DNA of 64,000 nt, taken from NCBI GenBank assembly GCA_028866135.1, contig JAGWIS010000001.1, positions 13,357-77,356 on the forward strand. Reading direction: 5' to 3'. Positions 9,179 through 18,863 of this stretch are shown piece after piece (positions within the stretch are counted from its first letter, which is position 1; every line of letters begins with the position of its first letter). Source of the stretch: Patescibacteria group bacterium (GTDB lineage: Bacteria; Patescibacteriota; Minisyncoccia; Phycocordibacterales; Phycocordibacteraceae). Position numbers and translations under genes: made by a program. A model generated the notes under the pieces. The model did no database searches, was not told where the DNA came from, and saw nothing but the letters and a program-made list of their open reading frames with translations.

Positions 9179-9550
9179 TCACGCGAGGTAGAACAGCGAT
9201 AAACCGACGGCAATCGCGACGATGCCGAAGTAGCTCACCGATTCGAGAACTTTCTTGCTGGCCATCTTGTGAAGCGTCTCGGGCACGAAGATGTACGCCA
9301 GCCCCTTGAGGAGGACGAGCCAGGTGAAGACCGTAACGACCGTGCGCCATGAGCCGTCCCAGATATTGTGCTCGATGAGCAGAAGCGTCGACAGGAAGAT
9401 CAGTATCACGCCGGTCAGATACACAATAGCGGGGTGGCCGAAGAAATCCTTGAGCAGGTGCGGAATCGTCTTCCCGCGGAAGAGAAGGAAGAATCCGCTT
9501 ATGATGAGATAGATTCCGAGCACCTTCGCAGCGACCAAAGAAGTGTCCAT
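9179..9550 (-). CDS. Small integral membrane protein (3 TM), function unknown.
   Basis: It has hydrophobic helices. It is preferred over the overlapping Arg-rich alternative frame at 9168-9569. Confidence 0.4.
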   Translation of the reverse strand: MDTSLVAAKVLGIYLIISGFFLLFRGKTIPHLLKDFFGHPAIVYLTGVILIFLSTLLLIEHNIWDGSWRTVVTVFTWLVLLKGLAYIFVPETLHKMASKKVLESVSYFGIVAIAVGLSLFYLA

Positions 9551-9565
9551 GGCGAAAGTATAGCA

Positions 9566-9829
9566 TCACTTATGCTCTAGCGTTTCATTTAAAACACGAG
9601 TGTATTCTTCCTCCGCACGTCGAATATTCTTCTCTTTTTGTAGCTGACGCAACGAGCGTGCCGATGCTATTTTCCACTCATGGTTTTTAAGAAGGTCGAG
9701 TGAGAATTTATAAAACTTCCTTCTCACTTCAGGATTTTTTAGATCAAGATGCAACTCCTCTGCTATTCGCTGTCGTTTATCGAAAAAATCTTCCCTACCG
9801 AGATTGATGCTGACAAAGATGTTCATCAC
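9566..9829 (-). CDS. Hypothetical small protein.
   Basis: 87-aa charged ORF with a 4-nt overlap with the downstream gene. No motif was recognised. Confidence 0.3.
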   Translation of the reverse strand: MMNIFVSINLGREDFFDKRQRIAEELHLDLKNPEVRRKFYKFSLDLLKNHEWKIASARSLRQLQKEKNIRRAEEEYTRVLNETLEHK

Positions 9830-10341
9830 TCCACCTCCACAATTTGATAGTTTCGTTTGTTTCCGCCGACATCAATCTCTATCTCATCTCCCATTTTCAA
9901 ACCGACCAGCCGCTTGCCGATCGGAGAGTCCGGCGTGATGACCATTAATTCTGTACTGCCTGAAACAACCTGAATCCCTCCTCCTGTGGGAGACAAAACA
10001 TGCCGACGCCTTGTCCCATCGTTCGCTTCAAGGGCGATGACGGCTCCTACGCGAATCGTATCGGTCGGCTTGAACACCGAAGGACGGTCGAGTACGGCCT
10101 GTACTTGTGCCAGAGAAGCTCGCAGCTCGGCCATACGCACCTCATGCGCCGCTACCATCATCTGTGCTTCTTCTTTGAAGGTATCGTACCGAGATTGCAT
10201 GCGGCCCTTGTGCTGATTCGCCTCGTGTTGAGACTCGTTCCTTTGTCTCTCGGTGTTAGCGAGAGTCTTTTCCAACTCTGTTTTGATTTGTTTGAAGATG
10301 TCGTGCTTGTTCATAACTTGCCTCCTTCTCAAGGTTTTCAA
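9826..10341 (-). CDS. greA: GreA/GreB-family transcription elongation factor.
   Basis: It has an N-terminal coiled-coil-like region and a C-terminal ITPDSPIGKRLVGLKMGDEIEI stretch matching the GreA C-terminal domain. The start may be the internal MNKHD at 10314. Confidence 0.6.
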   Translation of the reverse strand: MKTLRRRQVMNKHDIFKQIKTELEKTLANTERQRNESQHEANQHKGRMQSRYDTFKEEAQMMVAAHEVRMAELRASLAQVQAVLDRPSVFKPTDTIRVGAVIALEANDGTRRRHVLSPTGGGIQVVSGSTELMVITPDSPIGKRLVGLKMGDEIEIDVGGNKRNYQIVEVE

Positions 10342-10509
10342 CGAACCTCTGCTTGCTAATCCGAATTGATATTACTTAATATTACTCGATGGGTCAAGTA
10401 TTTGTCGTATTCGACTAATTGAGAGGTCTTTACCGAACCAGTAGATATCTTCGATAAAGTTTTATTTCGTCGCGCATAAATATACGGGCGAATTTCCAAT
10501 TGGGGAGCG

Positions 10510-11160
10510 GTGCGCTACAATCGCCGCATGTGTTTTTCCGCAACGGCAAGCCTCGTAGCAGGCGGAGCGCTCACGGCAACGGGCGCCCTCACTATGTCGC
10601 AAGCAAAGACGAAAAAGGAACTTCCGCTTGCGAGCATTCCGCTTATCTTCGGCATCCAGCAGCTCACCGATGGTGTCGTCTGGCTTTCCTTCGGCGTGGA
10701 GCCGATTCACACAATCGCCGTATACGCGTATTCAATCTTTTCCCAAGCACTGTGGCCGATGTTTGTTCCCTGGGCACTCCTCCTTATAGAAACAGACCCC
10801 GCTCGAAAGAAAGCTTTGCGTCTTTTCTCCCTCTTTGGTCTTCTGGTGGGACTGTTTTTCCTTTTCTATATCGTTACCGGGCCCAACGTGGCAGAAATAG
10901 TGAACCACTGCGTCGCATACTACACCCCGCACCCGCACGTACTCACCACGCTCGCACTCTACCTCCTCGTAACGTGCGGATCCTGTCTCGTATCAAGCCA
11001 TAAACTGCTGAACATCTTCGGCATCGCGCTCTTCTTTTCGTTCATCATCTCGGGGTGGTTCTACATCGAGACGTTCTCCTCCGTCTGGTGCTTCTTCGCG
11101 GCGATCCTGAGCTTCATCATCTACTGGCATTTCCGCAGCCGCTCCGCGGCTGCGGCTTGA
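10510..11160 (+). CDS. Multi-pass membrane protein, function unknown.
   Basis: It has about 6 predicted TM helices. The true start is possibly MSQAKTKKE at about 10594. Confidence 0.4.
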   Translation: MRYNRRMCFSATASLVAGGALTATGALTMSQAKTKKELPLASIPLIFGIQQLTDGVVWLSFGVEPIHTIAVYAYSIFSQALWPMFVPWALLLIETDPARKKALRLFSLFGLLVGLFFLFYIVTGPNVAEIVNHCVAYYTPHPHVLTTLALYLLVTCGSCLVSSHKLLNIFGIALFFSFIISGWFYIETFSSVWCFFAAILSFIIYWHFRSRSAAAA

Positions 11161-11175
11161 GAGGCGTTCGTACTT

Positions 11176-11598
11176 TTACTCAAATACTTTCCGCCAAATG
11201 AAGCCGGGCTCCCCGCTAGGAGCCGCTGCCGGGCCGACTCTCTCAAAACCTGTGTGCTTATAAAATCCCCAAGACTTCCGATGGGCTTCGCTGCTATAGA
11301 GAACCGCCTCCGTGTAATGGCGGCTTTTCATTTCACTCAGCACTGCTTCCGCGAGCGCCTTCCCGATTCCGCAGCCCGGATTTTTCACGGCAAGGATGTA
11401 AAGTTCCGCCGGATTTCCGGTACTGGCAAAGGTGCGGATGTATGCGGGCGCTTTCCTCAAGATCGCCACTCCAACGACTTCTCCATTCTCCTCCGCAACG
11501 AAATATCCAAATTCCTGCTTTACTGATTCCGAAGCGTGGTTTACAAAATCAGCCAGTTTCTTTGAAAGCTTTTCTCTAAAGTCGCCCTCCCAATACAA
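11176..11598 (-). CDS. GNAT-family N-acetyltransferase.
   Basis: It has the acetyl-CoA-binding block AVKNPGCGIGKALAEA (Q/RxxGxG/A-like), and is 140 aa. Confidence 0.6.
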   Translation of the reverse strand: MYWEGDFREKLSKKLADFVNHASESVKQEFGYFVAEENGEVVGVAILRKAPAYIRTFASTGNPAELYILAVKNPGCGIGKALAEAVLSEMKSRHYTEAVLYSSEAHRKSWGFYKHTGFERVGPAAAPSGEPGFIWRKVFE

Positions 11599-11779
11599 AT
11601 CGTAGATACGCTCGACGGCTTCCGCATCCTCTCTTGGTGTTGGATGAGAATTCCAACGCGTCTCGAGCGCGATAACCTAGCACGACTTGGCTGCGGGATT
11701 GCGACTCGAACGCGTCCTGAGCGCGGGGAACCGCGCCCGAGACCCTTGACGAACTCGTGCGCACGTGTTGTGCTCGACT

Positions 11780-11853
11780 TGGCTGCCAGACTTGGATTCG
11801 AACCAAGATGACGACTTTCAGAGAGTCGCATCCTACCATTAGATGATCTGGCA
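11780..11853 (-). tRNA. tRNA-Gln (anticodon CUG), with CCA encoded.
   Basis: Hand fold: acceptor TGCCAGA/TCTGGCA, D arm ATCT-AATGGTA-GGAT, anticodon arm CGACT-CTCTGAA-AGTCG, T arm CTTGG-TTCGAAT-CCAAG, discriminator G plus CCA. Confidence 0.8.
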
Positions 11854-11947
11854 ATGGCACGACAACGTCGTGATTCTTAGAAGATACGGCATCGGGAGGG
11901 TTTATTCAACATGAAGCGCCGCGCCGCGGCTGGTATATAATGGCCCT

Positions 11948-13507
11948 TTGCACAAAGAATATTTCATGCCGCCCTCCCCCGCACACCTCTCCGATACAGA
12001 ACACAAAAACATCATGATCATCATGGGCGCGCTCATGCTCGTGCTCATGCTCGCGGCGCTCGACCAGACCATCGTCTCGACTGCGCTGCCGCGCATCGCG
12101 AGCGATTTCAATGCGCTCTCAGAGCTGTCTTGGGTGGTGACGGCGTATCTGCTCATGACCGCCGTCTCGACGCCGCTCTACGGCAAACTAAGCGACCTCT
12201 ACGGCCGCAAACGCGTGCTCTCCTTCGCCGTCGTGATATTTCTCATCGGATCGGCGCTCGCTGGCGCGGCGCAAACCATGCTTCAGTTGATCCTTTTCCG
12301 CGGGGTGCAGGGGCTCGGCGCCGGCGGACTGATGTCGCTCGTGCTCGCGGCCATCGGAGACGTCGTTCCCCCAAGGCAGCGCGGACGCTACCAGGGCTAC
12401 TTCGGCGCGACGTTTGGAATCGCAAGCGTGCTCGGACCGCTTCTCGGAGGACTCTTCACCGACCATCTCTCGTGGAGATGGATTTTCTACATCAACATCC
12501 CGCTCGGCCTGCTTGCGCTCGCCGCCATCTACGCGCGGCTTCCAAAACACAAGCACCATCGGGAGCATACGATCGACTACGGAGGCGCCTTGCTCCTTTC
12601 CGCGACTATCATCTCCCTGCTCCTGGTCGCGATGTGGGGCGGAACCGTCTATCCGTGGAACTCGCTCACGATACTTTCTCTCGGCGCGCTCGGCCTTTTC
12701 TCGGGAAGGCTCTTCGTGTGGTGGGAATCAGAAAGGTCGGAGGCGCTCATTCCTTTTTCTCTTTTTAGAAATTCGATTTTCCGCGTCTCCGCCCTGCTTT
12801 CGCTCGTTTCGGGCGTGGCGATGTTCTCGGCTATCGTCTTCTTGCCCGAGTATCAGCAGGTGGTGCGCGGATACTCGGCGACGACCTCCGGCCTCCTCAT
12901 GCTCCCGCTCATCTTCGGCCTCCTTACCGCCTCCATTGGATCGGGACGGATCATCTCCCACACGGGCCAGTATCGCATCTTCCCCATCGTGGGCGGACTG
13001 CTCACGATGTACGGCCTCTGGCTCCTCACTCATGCGGACGTCTCCACGTCGCAGTGGATCCTGTCGGTCTGGATGTTCGTCACCGGGCTCGGCATCGGCT
13101 CATCGCTCCAGGTGATGACGATCGCCGTGCAGAACGCCGTGCATCCGAAAGATCTCGGCGCGGCCACCTCCACCATCATGTTCTTCCGCAACATCGGCAG
13201 CACGATCGGCACGAGCATCCTCGGCGCGGTGCTCATCGCACGCTTCAGCGCGCACCTCGCCGAGCGCGTGCCGGAGGGGATCCAGGGATTCTCCATAACG
13301 CTCGGCATGAGCGTCGCGCAGATACAGAATCTTCCGCCCGCGGCTGCTGCAAATATTCTCGAAGCATTCGCGGCTGGCTTCCGCGACGTTTTTTGGTGGA
13401 CGATCCCATTTGCCGCCCTCGCGTTCGTCATCGCACTTTTCCTCAAGGAACAGCCGCTCCGCGAGGACGCTCATGAGCTCGCCGAAGGCGAAGTATTCGG
13501 CCTTTGA
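11948..13507 (+). CDS. MFS transporter, DHA2 (EmrB/QacA) family, 14 TM.
   Basis: 519 aa with typical MFS motifs ([12 protein letters not shown], multiple TM helices). Confidence 0.75.
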   Translation: MHKEYFMPPSPAHLSDTEHKNIMIIMGALMLVLMLAALDQTIVSTALPRIASDFNALSELSWVVTAYLLMTAVSTPLYGKLSDLYGRKRVLSFAVVIFLIGSALAGAAQTMLQLILFRGVQGLGAGGLMSLVLAAIGDVVPPRQRGRYQGYFGATFGIASVLGPLLGGLFTDHLSWRWIFYINIPLGLLALAAIYARLPKHKHHREHTIDYGGALLLSATIISLLLVAMWGGTVYPWNSLTILSLGALGLFSGRLFVWWESERSEALIPFSLFRNSIFRVSALLSLVSGVAMFSAIVFLPEYQQVVRGYSATTSGLLMLPLIFGLLTASIGSGRIISHTGQYRIFPIVGGLLTMYGLWLLTHADVSTSQWILSVWMFVTGLGIGSSLQVMTIAVQNAVHPKDLGAATSTIMFFRNIGSTIGTSILGAVLIARFSAHLAERVPEGIQGFSITLGMSVAQIQNLPPAAAANILEAFAAGFRDVFWWTIPFAALAFVIALFLKEQPLREDAHELAEGEVFGL

Positions 13508-13589
13508 CGTTTCTCGCGCAAATGAACCACAGTCTCCTGACAAAATTAGCATCCGGCGCAAACGTCCAGAGAAGCTGTAGAATAACTCC

Positions 13590-15728
13590 ATGACCCGTTA
13601 CGTCTGCCCGATGCATGGCGAAGTCCTCCGCGATGTGCCGGGCAAATGCCCCGCCTGCGGCATGGACCTGGTCCCCTACCGCGAGGAGCATGCCAGCCAC
13701 GACACGGGGCACGCAAGCCACCACGACCACGAAGCCGCGATGACCGATCCGCAAATGGCGGAGCGGATGGAGGCAGACATGCGCAGGCGCTTTTTCATTT
13801 CGCTCGCGCTCACCATCCCCATCGTCCTCTACTCAAGCATGGGCGAGATGCTGTTTGGCGCCTCCCTCCCCTCATTCATTCCAAAAAATATACTGCTGTT
13901 TCTTCTGACGACGCCGATTGTCTTTTGGACGGGGTCGATTTTCATCACCGGCACGTACTACTCGCTCAAAGCCCGCAAGCTCAACATGATGGTGCTGATT
14001 GCGACCGGCGTGCTCGCGGCGTATCTCGGCAGCATCGCGCTCGCTTTCACCGGCAGCGGAGAGGCGTTTTACGAAGCGGCGGCGATGCTCGTCACCTTCG
14101 TCCTCTTCGGGCATTGGATGGAGATGAAGTCGCGGCGCGGGACTTCCGACGCGCTCCGCGCGCTCTTCGATCTCGTGCCGCCCCAGGCGCACGTCATCCG
14201 AGCCGGAAAAGAAGAAATCATACCGAGTTCGGAAATCGTGAAAGGCGACATCCTTGCGCTACGCCCGGGAGACAAAGTACCCGTTGATGGCGAGGTCGTC
14301 GAAGGCGAGAGTTCGGTAGACGAATCGCTCGTGACCGGCGAATCCGTCCCCGTCTCCAAAACCCCAGGCAGCGGCCTGGTCGGAGGATCGGTAAATCTCA
14401 CCGGAGCCGTCAGATTCAAAGCGACGAAAGTCGGCTCGGAGACCGTGCTTGCGCAGATCATCAAAATGGTCGAGACCGCGCAGAACTCGAAGGCGCCGGG
14501 ACAGCGCATCGCGGATACAGCCGCGGCATGGCTTGTCGTGCTCGCTATCGGCTCGGGCATCCTCGCCTTTCTCGGGTGGTATGTGCTTGCCGGAGCGACA
14601 TTCGTCACCGCGCTTACCTTCGCCATTTCAGCGATCGTCATCGCTTGCCCGGACGCGCTCGGGCTCGCGACCCCGACGGCGGTCGCCGTTGGCACCGGGC
14701 TCGGCGCGAAGCACAACATTCTCATAAAAGATGCAGCGACCTTGGAGAACACATCGCGCCTCACCGCCATCGTGCTCGACAAGACGGGCACGCTCACCGA
14801 GGGAAAACCGAAAGTGACAAAAATAGTTTCCGCCGCTCCCTACAGCGACCTCGAGGCGCTCAGCTTCGCAGCGGCGGTGGAGCAGCACTCGAATCATCCG
14901 CTCAGTCTCGCTATCATCGAGGAAGCGCGGAAAAGAAAGGTGCCGATTGAGAATGCGGAACGATTCGAATCGGTAAGCGGATACGGCGTGCGTGCCGCGG
15001 TTCGCGGCAAAGCGGTCATCGCGGGTACCGAGCGTTTGATGACGCAACACCATATCGATCTGTCGCCGCTCAAAAAAGAAATTGATTCCTTGCGCGCCGA
15101 GGGAAACACGCTCAGCATCGTCGCGATTGACGGAAAGGCTGCCGGAGTGATCGGCGCGGCCGACGTCGTGCGCGATTCCGCGAAGAAAGCCGTGGCGAAA
15201 CTGAAAGAGATGGGTCTTGAGGTGCTCATGATTACCGGCGACCATGAGCAGGTCGCGCACGCCGTGGCGAAGGAGCTCGGCATCGAACGCTATTTCGCCC
15301 AGGTGCTGCCCCAGGACAAAGCGACATACGTAAAGAAGCTTCAGGACGAAGGGAAAAGCGTCGCCATGGTCGGCGACGGCATAAACGACGCTCCGGCGCT
15401 CGCGCAAGCGGATATCGGCATCGCCATCGGCGCGGGGACAGACGTGGCGATAGAGACCGGCAGCATCGTGCTCATGAAATCCGATCCGTATGACATCGTG
15501 GCTGCGCTGCGCCTCAGCAGGGCGACGGTCGTGAAGATGAAACAGAACCTCTTTTGGGCGGCGATCTACAACGTGCTCGCTATCCCCGTGGCCGCCGGGG
15601 TCTTCTACTCTTCGCTCGGGTGGTCGCTGCGGCCGGAAATCTCCGCGCTTCTTATGTCCGCCTCCTCAATCATCGTCGCGACGAATGCCGTGCTTCTGAA
15701 GCGGGTCGAGCCGCGCCTTAGCGCATAG
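13590..15728 (+). CDS. P1B-type heavy-metal-translocating P-type ATPase (CopA-like).
   Basis: It has DKTGTLT, TGD and GDGINDAPAL motifs. The N-terminal Cys motif is CPMHGE...GKCPACGM. The TM6 motif reads IACPDALGLATP, that is CPD where copper pumps usually have CPC. Confidence 0.8.
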   Translation: MTRYVCPMHGEVLRDVPGKCPACGMDLVPYREEHASHDTGHASHHDHEAAMTDPQMAERMEADMRRRFFISLALTIPIVLYSSMGEMLFGASLPSFIPKNILLFLLTTPIVFWTGSIFITGTYYSLKARKLNMMVLIATGVLAAYLGSIALAFTGSGEAFYEAAAMLVTFVLFGHWMEMKSRRGTSDALRALFDLVPPQAHVIRAGKEEIIPSSEIVKGDILALRPGDKVPVDGEVVEGESSVDESLVTGESVPVSKTPGSGLVGGSVNLTGAVRFKATKVGSETVLAQIIKMVETAQNSKAPGQRIADTAAAWLVVLAIGSGILAFLGWYVLAGATFVTALTFAISAIVIACPDALGLATPTAVAVGTGLGAKHNILIKDAATLENTSRLTAIVLDKTGTLTEGKPKVTKIVSAAPYSDLEALSFAAAVEQHSNHPLSLAIIEEARKRKVPIENAERFESVSGYGVRAAVRGKAVIAGTERLMTQHHIDLSPLKKEIDSLRAEGNTLSIVAIDGKAAGVIGAADVVRDSAKKAVAKLKEMGLEVLMITGDHEQVAHAVAKELGIERYFAQVLPQDKATYVKKLQDEGKSVAMVGDGINDAPALAQADIGIAIGAGTDVAIETGSIVLMKSDPYDIVAALRLSRATVVKMKQNLFWAAIYNVLAIPVAAGVFYSSLGWSLRPEISALLMSASSIIVATNAVLLKRVEPRLSA

Positions 15729-15780
15729 CTTGTGCTCTTTGCGAAAGCGATTCGCCTCGAAAACGCGTTAGAATACACGC

Positions 15781-16530
15781 ATGATCGGAAGCGTCGTCCA
15801 CCCGAGAACAAGCGCCTCGCACCGTTCCCATGCGCGGCGCAACAAGCGGGCGTGGGCGCTCATGGGAATCCTCGTCGGCGTCTCTCTGTTGTTGGTAGCG
15901 TACGGGTACTTCAAAGCGGTCGAGTGGCCGATGCTTGCGGACGCCGTGCTCCACACCACGCTGCGCCTCGCGCTCGCCTACGGCATCGCGCTCGTCATCG
16001 GCGTTTCGATCGCGCTTCTCGTCGGCTGGAGCCCGTTTGCCGATGTGTTCTTCCCTCTTTTCGATATCCTGCAGAATCTCCCTTCCTTCGCGCTCATACC
16101 GCTCTTCATCTACTTTTTCGGATACACGAGCAAGATGATCGTCATCTTCGCCGTGAGTTCCATCGTGTGGCCCATCCTCTTCGCCGTCCTGACTGCGATT
16201 AAAAGCGCTCACAAAGATTTGAGCGATGCCGCGACCATCTTCGGCGCACGCGGGCTCCGGCGCATCCCCTACTTCCTGGCCCCGCTCTCCTTCCCGGCGA
16301 TGCTCACCGGCTCGATCGTCGGCATCGCCATCGGATGGGAGTCGGTCATCGGCGCCGAGATCATCACGAACGTCGCCGGCTTCGGCGATTTCATCAAGGG
16401 CGCGAGCGCCTCGGGCGTCACGGAGGATATGCTCGCCGGAACCTTCGCCATCCTCGTCATCGTCTTTGCGGTAAACCGCCTCATCTGGGCGCCGCTCCTC
16501 TCCGAAAGCAGCAAACGCTACGCCGAATAA
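15781..16530 (+). CDS. ABC importer permease of the NitT/TauT (SsuC/TauC-like) family.
   Basis: It has the BPD-transporter inner-membrane signature region and 6 TM helices. Confidence 0.6.
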   Translation: MIGSVVHPRTSASHRSHARRNKRAWALMGILVGVSLLLVAYGYFKAVEWPMLADAVLHTTLRLALAYGIALVIGVSIALLVGWSPFADVFFPLFDILQNLPSFALIPLFIYFFGYTSKMIVIFAVSSIVWPILFAVLTAIKSAHKDLSDAATIFGARGLRRIPYFLAPLSFPAMLTGSIVGIAIGWESVIGAEIITNVAGFGDFIKGASASGVTEDMLAGTFAILVIVFAVNRLIWAPLLSESSKRYAE

Positions 16531-16533
16531 CCT

Positions 16534-17280
16534 ATGCCCGCAACACACGACATGCTCCTCGTCCTCTCGCGCGTATCGGCGCGCTTCGCCGACGAAGGGG
16601 AAAAAGGCACGCTCGCGCTGAAGGACATTTCCCTTTCCGTTCCCGCCGGCTCGTTCGTATCGATCATCGGCCCCTCGGGCGCCGGCAAGTCCACCCTGAT
16701 GCGCGTCATCCTCGGCTTCATGCCGCAGACAAGCGGCGAGATCGTGCGCAATTTTTCGCGCCCGGCGATGGTGTTCCAGAATTACGCGCTCTTCCCGTGG
16801 CTCTCCGCGCTCGACAACGTGGCGTTCGGCTTGCGCATGAGCGGTGTCCCGCGCAAAGAGCGCGAGCGCATCGCGCGAGAGAAGTTGAAAGAAGTCGGCC
16901 TCGCGCATCTTGAAAACCACTACCCCGCCGCTCTCTCGGGCGGCCAGCGCCAGAGGGTCGGCCTCGCGCGCGCGCTTGCGCTCTCTCCCGACCTCCTCAT
17001 CATGGACGAACCATTTTCAAATCTCGACACCATCACCTCCGAATCCCTCAAGGCGGACCTGCTGAAGATTTGGAGAACCTACGGCATGACCATCCTCATG
17101 GTGAATCACCTCATCCCCGACGCGATCGAGCTCTCCGACCACATCATCGTCATGAGCGGGCACCCCGGGCGCATAGAAAAGACCTTCTCTATTGACCTGC
17201 CACGCCCCCGCGACACGCGCAGCGCGCATTTCTTCAGGCACGTGGATCTCCTGACCGAAGACATCCGCGCCATTTCCTAG
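16534..17280 (+). CDS. ABC transporter ATP-binding protein (SsuB/TauB-like).
   Basis: It has Walker A GPSGAGKST, signature LSGGQRQRV and Walker B LIMDEP. Confidence 0.8.
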   Translation: MPATHDMLLVLSRVSARFADEGEKGTLALKDISLSVPAGSFVSIIGPSGAGKSTLMRVILGFMPQTSGEIVRNFSRPAMVFQNYALFPWLSALDNVAFGLRMSGVPRKERERIAREKLKEVGLAHLENHYPAALSGGQRQRVGLARALALSPDLLIMDEPFSNLDTITSESLKADLLKIWRTYGMTILMVNHLIPDAIELSDHIIVMSGHPGRIEKTFSIDLPRPRDTRSAHFFRHVDLLTEDIRAIS

Positions 17281-18023
17281 ACCTCCATCTTCGAGAAGAA
17301 ATGCGAGCCGAGCGCGAGGAAGAGCGCGCTCACGCCGACGAGGACGCCGATATCAAGCGCAAGCGGGAAGGTCCCCGTGCCGATGAGGAGGTACCGCAGC
17401 GCGTCGACGCCGTAGGAGAGCGGATCGAAACGCGCGACCCAGAGGAGTGCGGGCGGCACGTTCGCAAGCGGAAAGAGGGCGCCGGAGAGGAAGAAGAGCG
17501 GCATCACGAGGAAGTTCATGATGAGCTGGAAGCCCTGCATGTCTTTGAGCTTCGAGGCGACCGCGATGCCAAGCGCGCTGAAAAGCAGTGCGATGAGGAG
17601 CATGATGAGGAGCGCCGGAAGGATGCCGAACCATGAGACGGGACGGAAGCCGGCGACGATCGCAATCGCGAGCACGAGCAGCCCCTGGATGCTCGCAACG
17701 CTTGCGCCGCCGAGCGTGCGGCCAAACATGATCGAGAGGCGGGAGACCGGCGCGACCATCGTCTCTTTCAGGAATCCGAACTGGCGATCCCAGATCACCT
17801 GCATGCCGTTGAAGATCGCGGTAAAAATAATCGACATGCCGATGATGCCCGGCGCGATGAACTCGAGATAATTCCCCTGCCCCGCTTTCTCGAAGACGGG
17901 GCCGAGTCCGTAGCCGAGCGCGATGAGAAATAGGACCGGCTGGCCCAAAGAGCCCATGATGCGGCTCTTTGAGCGGATGAACCGCTTCACTTCCCGCAGC
18001 CACATGATGTAGACGGCTTTCAT
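17277..18023 (-). CDS. ABC-2 type exporter permease.
   Basis: It has a hydrophobic 6-TM core. The start is set at MKAVYIMW (ATG 18023), 5 nt downstream of the ATPase stop. The listed N-terminal 88 aa are Arg/Ser-rich and probably not coding. Confidence 0.65.
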   Translation of the reverse strand: MKAVYIMWLREVKRFIRSKSRIMGSLGQPVLFLIALGYGLGPVFEKAGQGNYLEFIAPGIIGMSIIFTAIFNGMQVIWDRQFGFLKETMVAPVSRLSIMFGRTLGGASVASIQGLLVLAIAIVAGFRPVSWFGILPALLIMLLIALLFSALGIAVASKLKDMQGFQLIMNFLVMPLFFLSGALFPLANVPPALLWVARFDPLSYGVDALRYLLIGTGTFPLALDIGVLVGVSALFLALGSHFFSKMEV

Positions 18024-18027
18024 ATAA

Positions 18028-18831
18028 CTAACGGCGGCTGCCGCTCCACACCTGATGATGCGAGCGCATCGTCTCGAGACGAGATCCGCCCTCGTCGCGG
18101 ATGCTGCTTCCCGTGAGCGCGAGGAACGCTTCCTCAAGCGTCGCCGTGCCCGTCTGCTTTCGGAGCGCTTCGCCGGTGCCTTGCGCGACAATGACGCCGT
18201 TGTCGATGATGGCGATGTGCCTCGCGATGCGCTCGGCCTCCTCCATGTAATGGGTAGTGAGAAAGACCGTGATGCCTTCGTTCGCATTCAGTTTTTGCAC
18301 GTAGCTCCAGAGGTGGTTGCGCGTCTGCGGATCGAGACCGAGAGTCGGCTCGTCGAGGAAAATAATTTTCGGATGATGGAGAAGACCGCGCGCAATCTCG
18401 AGGCGACGCTTCATGCCGCCAGAAAAATCGCGGACGAAGTCATTGCGTCTGTCGGAGAGCTCGACGAGCGCGAGCAGTTCCTCGATGCGTGTCGCAAGCG
18501 TCGCTCTCGGCACGTTATACAGAACGCCATGGAGCTCGAGATTCTCGACCGCGGTCAGATCTTCGTCGAGCGAAGGGTCCTGAAAAACGATACCGAAAGA
18601 GTGGCGCACGAGATCCGGATCCATAACTGGATCGCGACCGGCGATGCGCATCGTGCCCGAAGAAGGCCGGAGCAGGGTCGTGAGCATCTTGATCGTGGTG
18701 GACTTTCCCGCGCCGTTCGGGCCGAGAAATGCAAAGATGCCGCCCTCCTCCACCGAAAACGAGACGTCCTTCACCGCAGCGATGTCACCGAACGTCTTGG
18801 TGAGGTTCCGTACTTCTATGATATTTGCCAT
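18028..18831 (-). CDS. ABC transporter ATP-binding protein (DrrA-like).
   Basis: It has Walker A GPNGAGKST, signature FSGGMKRRL and Walker B FLDEPT. Confidence 0.8.
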   Translation of the reverse strand: MANIIEVRNLTKTFGDIAAVKDVSFSVEEGGIFAFLGPNGAGKSTTIKMLTTLLRPSSGTMRIAGRDPVMDPDLVRHSFGIVFQDPSLDEDLTAVENLELHGVLYNVPRATLATRIEELLALVELSDRRNDFVRDFSGGMKRRLEIARGLLHHPKIIFLDEPTLGLDPQTRNHLWSYVQKLNANEGITVFLTTHYMEEAERIARHIAIIDNGVIVAQGTGEALRKQTGTATLEEAFLALTGSSIRDEGGSRLETMRSHHQVWSGSRR

Positions 18832-18863
18832 GCGTCAGCCCGACTATAGCACGGGCCGAGAAA

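Noticed and set aside
14069-16920. Long minus-strand ORFs (14069-14797, 14628-15407, 15718-16920) and the plus-strand ORFs at 13646-14287 and 16335-16913.
   Set aside because: They are antisense or out-of-frame overlaps of the P1B ATPase and the SsuBC-like genes. Their composition is Arg/Gly/Asp-rich with no motifs.
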